Assembly: GCA_963771175.1 (NCBI GenBank)
Contig: CAVYSY010000003.1
Location: 1-64,000 of the forward strand
DNA: 64,000 nt
Direction of reading: 5' to 3'
Origin: an uncultured delta proteobacterium
Lineage (GTDB): Bacteria; Myxococcota; Myxococcia; Myxococcales; Myxococcaceae
Translations under genes and position numbers: made by a program
Shown: positions 20,684 to 30,702 of the stretch, one piece after another
Position numbering within the stretch: position 1 is the first letter of the stretch
Layout: every line of letters starts with the position of its first letter
Notes under the pieces: generated by a model
Told to the model about the DNA's origin: nothing
Database searches by the model: none
The model's input: only the letters and a program-made list of their open reading frames with translations

Positions 20684-21557
20684 TCAGCGCCCGCTCCCCG
20701 CATCGGACTTCACGGACGGGTGCAGCAGCCGGAACAACTCCTCCAACCCGCGCCCCAGCGAGGGCCCCGGCTGCAGCATCGCCAGGGAGGGCACCTCCAC
20801 CCAGCGAGCCTCCGAGAGCAGCGCGACGAGCTTGTCCTTGCCCACGTCCACGTCCGCGGCGTCCACCACCACGTCCGGCTCGGCCACCAGCGCGCGCTCG
20901 ACGGAGTAGACGGAGTAGGCCGAGCCCGCGTCCGCCGCCACGTTGAGGGCCCCCGCGTCGCGCAGCAACTCGTCCGCGAAGGAGCCGGGCCCCGCGACGA
21001 CGAGTGGCTCGAAGCCGTAGACGAAGAGGACTCGGGGAGGCTTCAGCGTCCTGGCGGTCTCACGGATGCCGGGCGCGGGTGGACTCGATGCGCTGGACGA
21101 GGGCCTCGGCCTCCTTCTCCTTCCCGAGCGCCTTGCCCACGGCACGGAGGGCGGCCAGCGTATCGGCGACGGTGTGCAGGGGCAGCACCAGCACGGGCAC
21201 GTCGAGCTCGGCCAGCTTCTCCACGGGCCGCTGGTTGCCAGGCCCGGGCTGGACGAGCACGAGGTCCGGCTCGAGACCCACCACGGCCTCGATGGACGGG
21301 TCGATGAAGCCACCCACGCGGGGCAGGCCAGCCACCTCCTTCGCCTCGTCGAAGCGAGAGACCCCCACGAGGGTGCTCCCGGCTCCGAGCGCGATGACCA
21401 TCTCCGTGAGGGACGGAACGAGCGTCACCACGCGCTTCACCTTCTCGGGGGGCTTGGGACCCAGGAAGCGAGGGCCCCCCTTGGGAGGCGCGGCGTGCGC
21501 GGCGGTGACGAGGCACAGCGCGGCGAGCAGGACGAACGGGACGAGACGGGTCTTCAT
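20684..21557 (-). CDS. BtuF-like helical-backbone substrate-binding protein (frameshift ~21075)
   Basis: Signal peptide; RVVTLVPSLTE, LEPDLVL, AGPGSFADEL, LQPGPS. Confidence 0.88.
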
Positions 21558-21566
21558 GGGGAAGGC

Positions 21567-23156
21567 TCAGGGAATCGCGACGACATCACCGACGAGAGAG
21601 GGCTTGTTGTTGCGCGGGCAGGCGAGGATGGGCGGCTCGGCACCGGGCCCGAAGCCACGCCGCTCCACGAGCGAGTCGCCCGACACCTCGATGACGAAGA
21701 CACGGCCCGCGCTGTTGTCGCCCACGTAGGCGCGGTTGCCCACCACGGAGAACCGGCCCGCGGAGGGCAGCGGGCACGAGGTTCCTTCCGGGCACCGCAG
21801 CGCGAGCGAGGCCACCACACGGTCATCCGCGCCGAGCATCATCAGGCCAGTCCCCCTCACGTCGACGAGGTTGAAGTTGCGGTCATAGGTCGTCCCGCCG
21901 CTGCAGCTCACGAGCAGCCGCTCTCCCACGGGGGCGAGCCAGAACGGGTTGAGGCAGCCCTCCCCCAGCTCGAGGAGGTCCACCGTGCGGGTGGTGGGGT
22001 CGATGCGGGCCAGGAACCCGGGGCCACCGACGGTGAAGTCCTTCAGGTCCAGGTTGCCGAGGGCCGCGTACACCCTGCCCTGGCGCGCGGCGATACCAGC
22101 GGGCGCGGGGGCGGTGGTACGGCCCGGGAAGGGCTTCAGGGCCTCGCCCGTGGGCAGCGTGAAGGTGTCCGTGATGCTCGGGGCAGTGGGGTCGGCCATC
22201 GAGACCCGGACCACCTTCCCACCCGCGGACGGAGCCGTCTGCAGGTTGCCCAGCAGGGTGACGTACACGTCCGAGCCCAGCTCGGTGAACCCGTACGGGT
22301 TGGTGTTCTCGCCGAAGTTCACGCTCGCCACGTCGGTGAGCGTGATGCCATCCGGGAAGCGCGGGCCGGGGCCGCTGCCGGGCTCCTCGTCGCGCCGGAG
22401 CACCTGGAGGGTGTTGCTCGTGGAGTTGAGGATGAAGACGTAGGGGTCTCGGACGAGGAGGTGGTTGGGAACCAGTCCCGTGGTGTTCCGAGCGGGCAGC
22501 TCGCCGTAGTCGGTGAGCCGCGCCTGGAGCAACCGCATGGAGGCATCCAGCACCAGCAGCTCGTCCTGCATGCGCGCGACGGACTGGGGACTCGTCCCCA
22601 CCGCCACGCCGGGACCCTTCACGTCCGACCCCGACTGGATGCCCACCACCTGCCCGGTGTTGAAGCACGTCGCGACGAGGTCATAGGTGCAGGCGCCTCC
22701 GCGGCAGCTCCGGGCATCCGCGCACACGCTGCCGCAGGTCCCGCAGTGGAAGGCATCCGTGTCCAGGTCCACGCACGAGCGGTCACAGCGCTCGGAGGTC
22801 GCCAGGGTGCAGGTGGCCTTGCACTGCCCCTGCTCGCACACCTGGTCCGGTGCGCACGCCGTTCCCCCCTCTCCCGCGCAACCGCCACAGTGCGACGGGT
22901 CCGAGGCGGTGACGACACACTGCCCACCACACAGCGTCGCGCCCGAGCGGCAGCGGCAGGCCCCCTCGACGCAGACTTCCGTGCCGGCGCAGGCCACACC
23001 ACAGGCGCCGCAGTGCGCGGAGGCGCTGGAGATGTCCACGCACGCTTCACCGCAGCGGGTCTGCCCCTCGACACACAGGGCGCCCTCGTCCGGGCACCCC
23101 GCCAGCAGCAGGGACAGCGTGACCAGGCACAGAACCGCGGAGCCGTTCCCATTCAT
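21567..23156 (-). CDS. Cys-rich lipoprotein with beta-propeller-like C-terminus (MXAN_6577-like)
   Basis: Lipobox LAGC; repeated CVD...HCGACG modules; overlaps the TonB receptor stop. Confidence 0.8.
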   Translation of the reverse strand: MNGNGSAVLCLVTLSLLLAGCPDEGALCVEGQTRCGEACVDISSASAHCGACGVACAGTEVCVEGACRCRSGATLCGGQCVVTASDPSHCGGCAGEGGTACAPDQVCEQGQCKATCTLATSERCDRSCVDLDTDAFHCGTCGSVCADARSCRGGACTYDLVATCFNTGQVVGIQSGSDVKGPGVAVGTSPQSVARMQDELLVLDASMRLLQARLTDYGELPARNTTGLVPNHLLVRDPYVFILNSTSNTLQVLRRDEEPGSGPGPRFPDGITLTDVASVNFGENTNPYGFTELGSDVYVTLLGNLQTAPSAGGKVVRVSMADPTAPSITDTFTLPTGEALKPFPGRTTAPAPAGIAARQGRVYAALGNLDLKDFTVGGPGFLARIDPTTRTVDLLELGEGCLNPFWLAPVGERLLVSCSGGTTYDRNFNLVDVRGTGLMMLGADDRVVASLALRCPEGTSCPLPSAGRFSVVGNRAYVGDNSAGRVFVIEVSGDSLVERRGFGPGAEPPILACPRNNKPSLVGDVVAIP

Positions 23157-25174
23157 GGTGCATCCATCCCGGAAGCAGAGGAGGCCGGAGCGGGAGCACC
23201 CGGCCCAAAGGCCCCCGCCACTGACAGGTACACGCCGCGGCTGGGGAGTGGATAGCCGACGAAGTCCTCGGCGCGCGCGTCGAAGAGGTTCTTCACCTCG
23301 CAGGTGACGGTGAGCTCCGTGCGCGAGCCCCAGGTGCTGGACAGTCCCGCGTGCACGAAGGCGCGCCCGGGGAGCGACATCGCGCCGTCCCTCGTGAGGA
23401 AGTGCGCCGACTGGGCCACCACCTCCACTCGGCCCGTGAGCCACCGGGGCCCACCCATGGCTCGCGCGGCCAGCTTGTGGCGCGGACGGTACGGCAGCTC
23501 GCGCAGGTAGAAGCGCCCGTCCCGCTGCAGGTCGTTCGACATCGTCAGCGTGTAGCTGAAGGCACCGGAGAGAAGCGGGTGGGGGCGCCACTCGCCCTCG
23601 GCCTCGAGCCCCATCACCCGCGCGCTGGTGAAGTTGTACGGCTTCGCGGCGCCGGGCGGATAGGCCTCGTAGGAGATGAGGTCCTGGTAGAGGCTCACGA
23701 AGCCACCCACCGAGGCGAAGGACTCCTCCGAGCGATGCACCACCGCCGCGTCCGCGTACAGCGCGCTCTCGGGGCGCAGGTCCGGGTTGGGCAGCAGCGT
23801 GCCCTGGCGCACGTACAGCTCCAGGAAGGAGGGCGCTCGGTGGGAACGGCCTCCGTTGGCGCGCAGTTCGAAGCCCAAGGGCAGCGACACCGTGGCGCCC
23901 ACCTTCGGGGACAGCAACGTGTACGGGCCCGCCTGTTCCAAGCGCAGCGAGGGCGCCACCACGAGCTGCCCGTCCCACAACAGCAGCTCGTCCATCGCCA
24001 TCACGCTCGCGCGCAGCCACGTGGGCTCACCGCCCGAGGCCTCGTTCGTCTCCGCCGCGGACACGGACTCGCCACCGAGGCCCACCAGCGCGGACAGCGA
24101 GTGCCAGTCGCCCAGCAGCACCTGCCCCTCCACCTCCACCCCGCCCAATCGCTGCACCTGCGCGCCCGACTGGCCCAGGGGTCCACCGGACAGCGCCACC
24201 CGGTCCCTCCGGAAGTACGCGCGCGCGTTCGTCCGCACCCCGCCCGGCAACGTCCCCGCGAGCCTCAGGCTGGCCGAGCCTCGCCCTCCGGACTGCCTCG
24301 CGTCCTCGCTCGGGTTCTGCGCGGTGCCGGCGAGGCCCCGCTCGTCGAAGGAGAGCTCCCCCAGCAGGTCCGCCGAGAAGCCGCCCCCCAGCTCGCGCCT
24401 CAACCGCAGCAGGCCCCCCGCTCCGCGCGCGTCGTTGTTGGTGCGTCGGCGCTCGAGGAGCGCGTCTCCGGGCAGCGTGGGGCTCGGATCAAAGGAGTAC
24501 GGGAAGTGCCCACTGGAGGTGCCCCCGTGGACGAGCAGCAGGGCCTCGCCACCCGCGAGCGGTCCCGAGGCCGACAGCCACCCCATCGCCGTGTCCCAAC
24601 TGCCGTAGGAGAACTCCCCCGCCACGCGAGGGCTCGCGCCCGGACGGCGGGTGATGATGTTGATGGCGCCGCCCAGGCCCCCCGCGCCGTAGCGCGCTCC
24701 GGTGCCGCCGCGCAGCACCTCGAAGCGCTCGGCCAGCGCCGCGGGCACGCGCGAGAGGTCCGCGATGCCTCCCGCTCCGTTGAGGGGAATGCCGTCGAGC
24801 AGCACGAGCGTCCCGTTGGAGGACGCGCCGCGCACCACGAGGCTCTTGCTCTGTCCGTAGCCCCCCGTGTCCTGCAGCGTGACGCCGGGGGCGGTGGACA
24901 GCATGGCCGAGGTGTCCCGGGCCGCGCCGCCGAACTCGTCCACGCGGATGACGGTGAGGGCGCCGCTCGGATCCCTCCGCTCGGCCGAGTCCGGGGGCTC
25001 GGGCGCCACGCGCGCCTCCTCCACCTCCACCGTGGGCACGTGGAGGACCTCGCCCTCGGGCGCGTCCGAGACTGGAGCCTCCTGGGAAGGCTCCGTCGCC
25101 TGCTGGGCGAGCGCGGCTCCGCTCGTGCTGAGCACCAGGCACAACAACCGCCCGGCGAGGTGTGACCACCGCAT
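23153..25174 (-). CDS. TonB-dependent receptor, BtuB-like
   Basis: Plug motifs VRG...VLLDGIPLN and RFEVLRG...YG...GGAINIIT; NPDLRPE, KNLFD; directly under a B12 riboswitch. Confidence 0.92.
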   Translation of the reverse strand: MRWSHLAGRLLCLVLSTSGAALAQQATEPSQEAPVSDAPEGEVLHVPTVEVEEARVAPEPPDSAERRDPSGALTVIRVDEFGGAARDTSAMLSTAPGVTLQDTGGYGQSKSLVVRGASSNGTLVLLDGIPLNGAGGIADLSRVPAALAERFEVLRGGTGARYGAGGLGGAINIITRRPGASPRVAGEFSYGSWDTAMGWLSASGPLAGGEALLLVHGGTSSGHFPYSFDPSPTLPGDALLERRRTNNDARGAGGLLRLRRELGGGFSADLLGELSFDERGLAGTAQNPSEDARQSGGRGSASLRLAGTLPGGVRTNARAYFRRDRVALSGGPLGQSGAQVQRLGGVEVEGQVLLGDWHSLSALVGLGGESVSAAETNEASGGEPTWLRASVMAMDELLLWDGQLVVAPSLRLEQAGPYTLLSPKVGATVSLPLGFELRANGGRSHRAPSFLELYVRQGTLLPNPDLRPESALYADAAVVHRSEESFASVGGFVSLYQDLISYEAYPPGAAKPYNFTSARVMGLEAEGEWRPHPLLSGAFSYTLTMSNDLQRDGRFYLRELPYRPRHKLAARAMGGPRWLTGRVEVVAQSAHFLTRDGAMSLPGRAFVHAGLSSTWGSRTELTVTCEVKNLFDARAEDFVGYPLPSRGVYLSVAGAFGPGAPAPASSASGMDAP

Positions 25175-25235
25175 GAGTCCGCCTTCCACTCTCTCCGTCG
25201 AAGAGAGAAGGCATCACGGGCGACACGCCCGCACC

Positions 25236-25440
25236 CCTGGGCAGGTCTCCTGGCTCCGGGCTCCGGCCGAGGCGCACACCGCGCCTCCCAGAAGGGCTCC
25301 TCCGCCTTCCCCCGCCGGCTGGCTGGAGTGGCGACTGCCGAGGACCCCTGCCCTGACGTCAGGGCTGCCCGATCTCAGTGGCGGGACCGCGCCGGATTCG
25401 CACCGGCTTCCCTCTTGAAGGCCCGGCATGGGCACCCAAG
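25236..25440 (-). promoter_or_regulatory. Cobalamin riboswitch
   Basis: AAGAGGGAAGCCGGTGCGAATCCGGCGCGGTCCCGCCACTG...GCCACT...GGGAAGGC...GAGCCAGGAGACCTGCC. Confidence 0.95.
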
Positions 25441-25449
25441 GGCAGGCCC

Positions 25450-25478
25450 TTCCTAGGGGCTCAACTCCCGCGCGTCAA
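25450..25478 (-). promoter_or_regulatory. Putative sigma70 promoter
   Basis: TTGACG-17 nt-TAGGAA just upstream of the riboswitch. Confidence 0.5.
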
Positions 25479-26021
25479 GCCACCCTCGGTGAGGGACGAG
25501 GCACGCGAGGCCCTGTTGTGCCGGGCCAGCCAGTCGAGGATGAACTGGTTGAAGGCGCTGAACCGCAGGAAGGTAGCCATCACGTCCCCGAAGCACAGCG
25601 AGGCGCGCTCGAAGAGCGGCGTGTCGCGGCCGGGGATGAGCAGGGTGCCGTTGTGCCAGGTGCCGTTGTGGCTGCCGTCATCCTTGACGTACCAGACCCC
25701 TGTCTTCGGCTCCTCGCGGAAGGTGGCGTGGATGCGCGAGACGGTGGGGTCCTCCACGACGATGTCGTTGTCGGGGGTACGCCCCAGCGTGACACCCGCG
25801 TGCGGGGTCGCCGCGTGTGTGCGCTTGCGGACTTCGAGCACGAGCGGCTCGGCGACGGTGGGCCGGCGCATGGAGATGCCCGTCAGGGTGCTCCGGGTAA
25901 AGAGGGGACGCACACCCATGGGCGGGGCCTCCCACACCAACACCGGCCAGCACACCGAGCGGCGCACGGCATTGGGAGCTTCGAGGAATTGAGAGGCGAG
26001 GACGGAGAACTTCAGAGGCAC
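25461..26021 (-). CDS. FHA domain protein
   Basis: TLGRTPDNDI, VSRIHA, GSHNGTW. Confidence 0.85.
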   Translation of the reverse strand: MPLKFSVLASQFLEAPNAVRRSVCWPVLVWEAPPMGVRPLFTRSTLTGISMRRPTVAEPLVLEVRKRTHAATPHAGVTLGRTPDNDIVVEDPTVSRIHATFREEPKTGVWYVKDDGSHNGTWHNGTLLIPGRDTPLFERASLCFGDVMATFLRFSAFNQFILDWLARHNRASRASSLTEGGLTRGS

Positions 26022-26324
26022 GGAACAGCCCTCCACCACCACGGGGGTGACGGAGACGGTGTGCACGAGGAGCGCGCGCGGCCAGTCCCCCTCGATGGGT
26101 GCGGGCGAGGTGGACGGAGTCGGTGGAGGTACTCGGTGGGAGCAGTCGGGCAGCGCACGAGGACGTCCATTCCGCTGGACCCGGAAGAGAATGGCGGGTG
26201 TTGGAGCGGTGTGGCGGATGGGAACAAAAAGCTGTCCGACCCGCGAAAGCGCGCCACACGCGCCCAGGGCACATTGCGCACCGTCGACGGGGGCCATTCC
26301 CCGGACCCACAAAGGACGGAACCC

Positions 26325-27278
26325 ATGAAGCGCAACTCCCTGATGACCCTGGTGCTGAGCGCGGTGCTCGCGAGCGGCTGTGCCCCGAAGCTCATCGACT
26401 CCGCGCTCGTTGGCTACACCAGCGACGCCAACGGCTTCGACACGCACTCGTTCTTCTACGACACCGGCGCGGAGGTGGTCGTCTTCGACGCGCAGTTCAC
26501 CGAGGCCGAGGCGGAGAAGGTGCTCGCCGCCATCCGCGCGAAGACGAGCAACCCCATCCGCTATGTCGTCGTCACCCATCCCAACCCGGACAAGTTCAAC
26601 GGGGTGACGGTGTTCCAGCGCGAGGGCGCCCGGGTGGTGGCCAGCGAGGCCACGGCGGCGGCCATCCCCGCGGTGCACGCCTACAAGCAGTACTACTTCA
26701 CGAAGATCGCCGGCATGTTCACCGAGGCGACGTACCCGAAGCAGGCCACCGTGGACGTCACCTTCAAGGACAGCCTGAAGCTGCCGCTCGAGGGCGGTGC
26801 CGAGGTGGAGCTGAAGGTGCTCCAGCACCCGGGCATCACCACCACGCAGACGGTGGCGTACCTGCCGCGGCGCAATGCGCTCGTGGTGGGAGACCTGGTG
26901 CATTACCGCACCCACGCGTGGCTGGAGGGCGGCCTTCGCGACGGCAAGATGGTGCCTGACCTGGAGTCCTGGAAGGCCGCGCTCGACGAGCTGGCCACGT
27001 GGAAGGGCGCCACGGTGTACGGCGGCCGCGGCGAGAGCGCCCCGGTGGAGACGGCCATCGCCGAGGAGAAGCAGTACCTCGACACGATGAAGTCGCTGGT
27101 GTCCGCGTATGCCACCGAGCTCGGCGACCGGAAGGCGGAGCTGTGCGGCAACGCGGCCGGGCCGCACTACGAGGAGCTCACCAGGCGCGCCACCCAGGCC
27201 TTCCCCCAGCACACGCTGCCGTACATGGTGCAGTACAGCATCTACGGGCTGGTCAACGCGCTCGCTTGCGGCGGGTAG
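26325..27278 (+). CDS. MBL-fold lipoprotein with altered metal motif
   Basis: Lipobox LASGC; VFDAQF, THPNPDKFNG, VGDLV. Confidence 0.85.
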   Translation: MKRNSLMTLVLSAVLASGCAPKLIDSALVGYTSDANGFDTHSFFYDTGAEVVVFDAQFTEAEAEKVLAAIRAKTSNPIRYVVVTHPNPDKFNGVTVFQREGARVVASEATAAAIPAVHAYKQYYFTKIAGMFTEATYPKQATVDVTFKDSLKLPLEGGAEVELKVLQHPGITTTQTVAYLPRRNALVVGDLVHYRTHAWLEGGLRDGKMVPDLESWKAALDELATWKGATVYGGRGESAPVETAIAEEKQYLDTMKSLVSAYATELGDRKAELCGNAAGPHYEELTRRATQAFPQHTLPYMVQYSIYGLVNALACGG

Positions 27279-28092
27279 CCGGTGCCGCCCCGGCCCGGGG
27301 CTCCGCGCCTCGGGCCACCCGCTGCCGGAAGTCCCGGGGACGCTCTCCGGTGAAGGCGTGGAAGGCATGGGTGAAGGCGGCGAGGCTCTCGAAGCCCACC
27401 GCGTAGGCCGTCTGCGTCACCCGCGCCCCCTCCTCCGCGAGCAACTCCATGGCGCGCAGCATCCGCGCGTCGTGGAGGAACCTCCGCCACGTCGTCTGGG
27501 CCTCCTCCTCGAAGCGCCGCGCGAGCGTCCTCCCGGACAGCCGCGCGGCGCGTGCCGCGTCCTCGAAGGAGATGGGCTCTCCCAGGTGCTTCAACGTGAA
27601 GGCCATGGCCCGCTCCAGCTCCGGTGTCCGGGCCCGTGGCAGCCGCCAGTCCTGGGCCTCCGAGGCCCACTCGGAGAGCAGCTGCGCCAGCGTCCCGAAG
27701 AAGCTGTCCGCCAGGGCATCCCGGGGAGGACGCGCCGAACACCAACGGGTGGAGTACAGGATCATCTCCCGCGCGAGCGGCTCGATGACGAACACCCGGC
27801 ATTCGCCCTCGGGAGGCCGGCGCACCAGTGCCGGGTCCAGGTACACCGTGCGCAGGCTCACGGGTTGGGAGACGCGCACCCGGTGCCGGGTCCCGGCGAG
27901 CAGCCACGCGGCGCGCTGGGGCGGAAGGAGCCACTGCGCCCGCTCCACCTCCAGGTGCAGCGCCCCTCGCGCCGAGTAGAGGAGCTGGTGCTTGCGGTGG
28001 GCGTGCCACGCCGTGGTGAGGGGAGACAGCTCGTCGGCGAGGCAGAAGGCCGGAGCCACCACCGCGTCCACATCCACCAGGGGTTTCGGCAC
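27253..28092 (-). CDS. AraC family regulator with cupin domain
   Basis: WHAHRKHQLLY cupin; C-terminal AVGFESLAAFTHAF...TGERP. Confidence 0.9.
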   Translation of the reverse strand: MPKPLVDVDAVVAPAFCLADELSPLTTAWHAHRKHQLLYSARGALHLEVERAQWLLPPQRAAWLLAGTRHRVRVSQPVSLRTVYLDPALVRRPPEGECRVFVIEPLAREMILYSTRWCSARPPRDALADSFFGTLAQLLSEWASEAQDWRLPRARTPELERAMAFTLKHLGEPISFEDAARAARLSGRTLARRFEEEAQTTWRRFLHDARMLRAMELLAEEGARVTQTAYAVGFESLAAFTHAFHAFTGERPRDFRQRVARGAEPRAGAAPATRRKRAR

Positions 28093-28313
28093 GCCACGTC
28101 CTCCCGCGCTACGGCTCGTCCCCAAGGAATCAAGCTGGCGCGTGGATTTCAAGCGGCCGGCCCCTCACCTCCATCCCGTGAGCTGGACGGTTCGCGCGCG
28201 GCTGTACTCCCCGTGTGCCCCCGCTCCGAGGGAAACGCCGCTGGCATGGCATCTGCTCTGGAGCCGGGGACCGCGCCAATGGAGGCGCGACGGTGAAGCA
28301 GGTGAGGTGGTTG

Positions 28314-28568
28314 ATGCTGACGGCGGGGAAGCGGTTGGCGGTGTTCTCCATCCGCGAGGGCAAGGGCGGGAGCATCTGGGTGAGGGCGGGGAGCGCGTTC
28401 GTGAACAAGGACGGTTCGCTGAACGTGCTGCTGGACGTGCTGCCACTGGACGGGAAGCTGCACGTGCGCGAGGCGGCGGAGAAGCGGGACACGGCGCAGG
28501 CGGGTGGCGGCGGGCGCTACGGGGTGGACGGCGGCCTGGACTCGCTGCCGGTGGGAGGCCACTCGTGA
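28314..28568 (+). CDS. Small conserved hypothetical protein, possibly ssDNA-binding
   Basis: SD GAGGTG; WVRAGSAFVNKDGSLNVLLDVLPLDGKL; stop overlaps the comEA start (GTGA). Confidence 0.7.
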   Translation: MLTAGKRLAVFSIREGKGGSIWVRAGSAFVNKDGSLNVLLDVLPLDGKLHVREAAEKRDTAQAGGGGRYGVDGGLDSLPVGGHS

Positions 28569-28945
28569 GCGGGCGCGTGATGGGGAGGGTGGTGGCGGCG
28601 GTGCTGGGGCTGGTGTTGCTGGGGCCCGGGGCCGCCGAGGCGGCGAACGCGAAGCTGCGGACCCAGTACACGGGGCTGGTGAACCTGAACGAGGCGACGG
28701 CGGCCCAGCTCGACCTGTTGCCGGGCGTGGGGCCGAAGGCGGCTCAGCGCATCATCGCCTGGCGGCAGAAGCGGGCCTTCAAGCGCATGGAGGAGCTGGT
28801 GCGGGTGAAGGGCTTCGGCAAGAAGCAGTTCCTGAAGCTCAAGCCGTACCTCACGCTGGAGGGCCCGACGACACTGAGGGTGGAGAAGGTGCCGGTGGAG
28901 GAGGACGAGGTCCGCGCCACGGGCGATTCGGTGGCGAAGCGCTGA
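28565..28945 (+). CDS. comEA: ComEA-like helix-hairpin-helix DNA-binding protein
   Basis: Signal peptide; VNLNEAT...LPGVGPKAAQRII...ELVRVKGFG. Confidence 0.85.
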   Translation: MSGRVMGRVVAAVLGLVLLGPGAAEAANAKLRTQYTGLVNLNEATAAQLDLLPGVGPKAAQRIIAWRQKRAFKRMEELVRVKGFGKKQFLKLKPYLTLEGPTTLRVEKVPVEEDEVRATGDSVAKR

Positions 28946-29000
28946 GGCCCCCGGGGGAGAGGGTGTCGCGGAGGACGCACACCCTCTGCCTCGGAGCCAC

Positions 29001-30635
29001 CTACCCGCGAGCCGTGCGGTTCCGCGAAACCGTGTCGGCCTGCTCCGTGAGGGCCATCTCGGGCGTGAGCTGGAGGGGGACGACGGGCGAGGCGGTCTGG
29101 GTGCTGGCCTGGCGCATGACCTCGATGAGCTGCTGCCGTCCGTACGGGTAGGGAGCCTCGGTTCCGGAGAGCGCCATCAACTGCTGCTGCAGCACCTCGC
29201 CCGAGGGCGTGCGCTGCGCCGGGTCGTGCTGCAACAGGCCCATGATGATGGCGTCCAGCGCGGGGGAGAGCTCGGGCACGAAGCGCGAGGGCGGCAGCAG
29301 CTGCTGCTGAGTGGAGGCGACCATCAAGTCCGCCTCGCTGTCGCCCCGCAGGGCTGGCTGGCCGGTGAGGGCCTCGTGCAGGGTGAGGCCGAGGGCGAAG
29401 AGGTCCGCACGGCCATCCAGGGGCTTGCCGTAGGCCTGCTCCGGCGCCATGTAGCCGGCCTTGCCGCGCACGACCTGGGTCTGGGTGAGAACAACGTGGT
29501 TGGCCGCGCGCGCGATGCCGAAGTCCGACAGCTTCACCTCGCCGATGCGCGACAGCAGGACGTTGGGCGGGTTGAGGTCCCGGTGCACCAGCCCCAGCGG
29601 CTCGCCCTTGGAGCCCGTGCGACCATGCATGTACGCCAGCGCGGCGGCGATCTCCGCGCCGACGTAGGCCACCGCCGCCGGAGGCAGCCGCTTCCGGGGC
29701 ATGCGTCGCAGCAGCGAGCCCAGTGGCATCCCATCCACGAACTCCATGGCCAGGAAGATGGTCCCCTGGTGCCGCCCCAGGTCGAGCACCTGCACGATGT
29801 TGGGATGGATGAGCAGCGAGCCCAGCTCCGCCTCGCGCCGGAACATGGCCAGGAACTCCTCGTTGTCCGCATACGCCGGGAGGACGCGCTTGACGGCCAC
29901 CTGCTTCTCGAAGCCGCCCTCCGGGCTGTAGGTGGCGCGAAACACCTCGGCCATGCCGCCCGCGCCCAGCCGCTCGTGGAGGAAGTACTTCCCCATCACG
30001 TCCTTCTCACGGATGGCGCGCAGCGCGGCCTCGGCCTTGTTCACGATGAGGCCAGCCAGCGTCGCCGTCAGCGGGCCGTAGGCGAAGAGGAACACGCAGC
30101 GCATCAGCACCATCGGGAACGACAGGGTGCTCAGGGCGTCGGGAGGGAGCCGGGGCTGCAGCACCAGCAGGTACAGCCCCATGTACTCCACCGCGACGAG
30201 CGCCGCCGCCGCGTAGGCCAGCGCCTTGCCCGCCCGGAGCGCGCACACCACGATGAGCGCGCCCCACGCGAACGCTGGCGGCGTGGTGAGGGCGTACACG
30301 GCATCCCGGAAGTACACGTCCACCACGCACGCCACCGCCGGGATGGACACCGTGATGGCGCTGTCCACCCACTGGACGGCCGGGTGGAACCCGCCCTGCT
30401 GCAGCGTGCGCAGCATGAGGGCGTAGTAGATGCACAGCCCGCCCGTCATCCCCGCGAGGGTCAGCGCCAGCCGCCAGCCGAGCAGCTCTCCGAGCACCAG
30501 CGAGGCCACGCAGCACAGCAGCGTCATCCCGCGCATGAAGCGCGCGATGGACATCTCGCGAGCCACGACGTCCTGGTTCAGGTACTCCTGCAACAACTGG
30601 GAGGAGTGCGACACTTTGGGAGCAGCGGCTTCCAT
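29001..30635 (-). CDS. Membrane Ser/Thr protein kinase
   Basis: N-terminal multi-TM domain; GAGGMA, AVKR, HRDLNPPN, DFG, YMAPE. Confidence 0.93.
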   Translation of the reverse strand: MEAAAPKVSHSSQLLQEYLNQDVVAREMSIARFMRGMTLLCCVASLVLGELLGWRLALTLAGMTGGLCIYYALMLRTLQQGGFHPAVQWVDSAITVSIPAVACVVDVYFRDAVYALTTPPAFAWGALIVVCALRAGKALAYAAAALVAVEYMGLYLLVLQPRLPPDALSTLSFPMVLMRCVFLFAYGPLTATLAGLIVNKAEAALRAIREKDVMGKYFLHERLGAGGMAEVFRATYSPEGGFEKQVAVKRVLPAYADNEEFLAMFRREAELGSLLIHPNIVQVLDLGRHQGTIFLAMEFVDGMPLGSLLRRMPRKRLPPAAVAYVGAEIAAALAYMHGRTGSKGEPLGLVHRDLNPPNVLLSRIGEVKLSDFGIARAANHVVLTQTQVVRGKAGYMAPEQAYGKPLDGRADLFALGLTLHEALTGQPALRGDSEADLMVASTQQQLLPPSRFVPELSPALDAIIMGLLQHDPAQRTPSGEVLQQQLMALSGTEAPYPYGRQQLIEVMRQASTQTASPVVPLQLTPEMALTEQADTVSRNRTARG

Positions 30636-30702
30636 GGTGGGCCAGTCTACCCAACTCTCCGGCCCACCATCGACCCGCCCCCTTGGCCAGCGGGGCGCTC
30701 CC

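Noticed and set aside
21066..25165. Long plus-strand ORFs opposite the btu genes, and similar antisense ORFs elsewhere
   Set aside because: Shadow ORFs typical of high-GC DNA; no protein motifs
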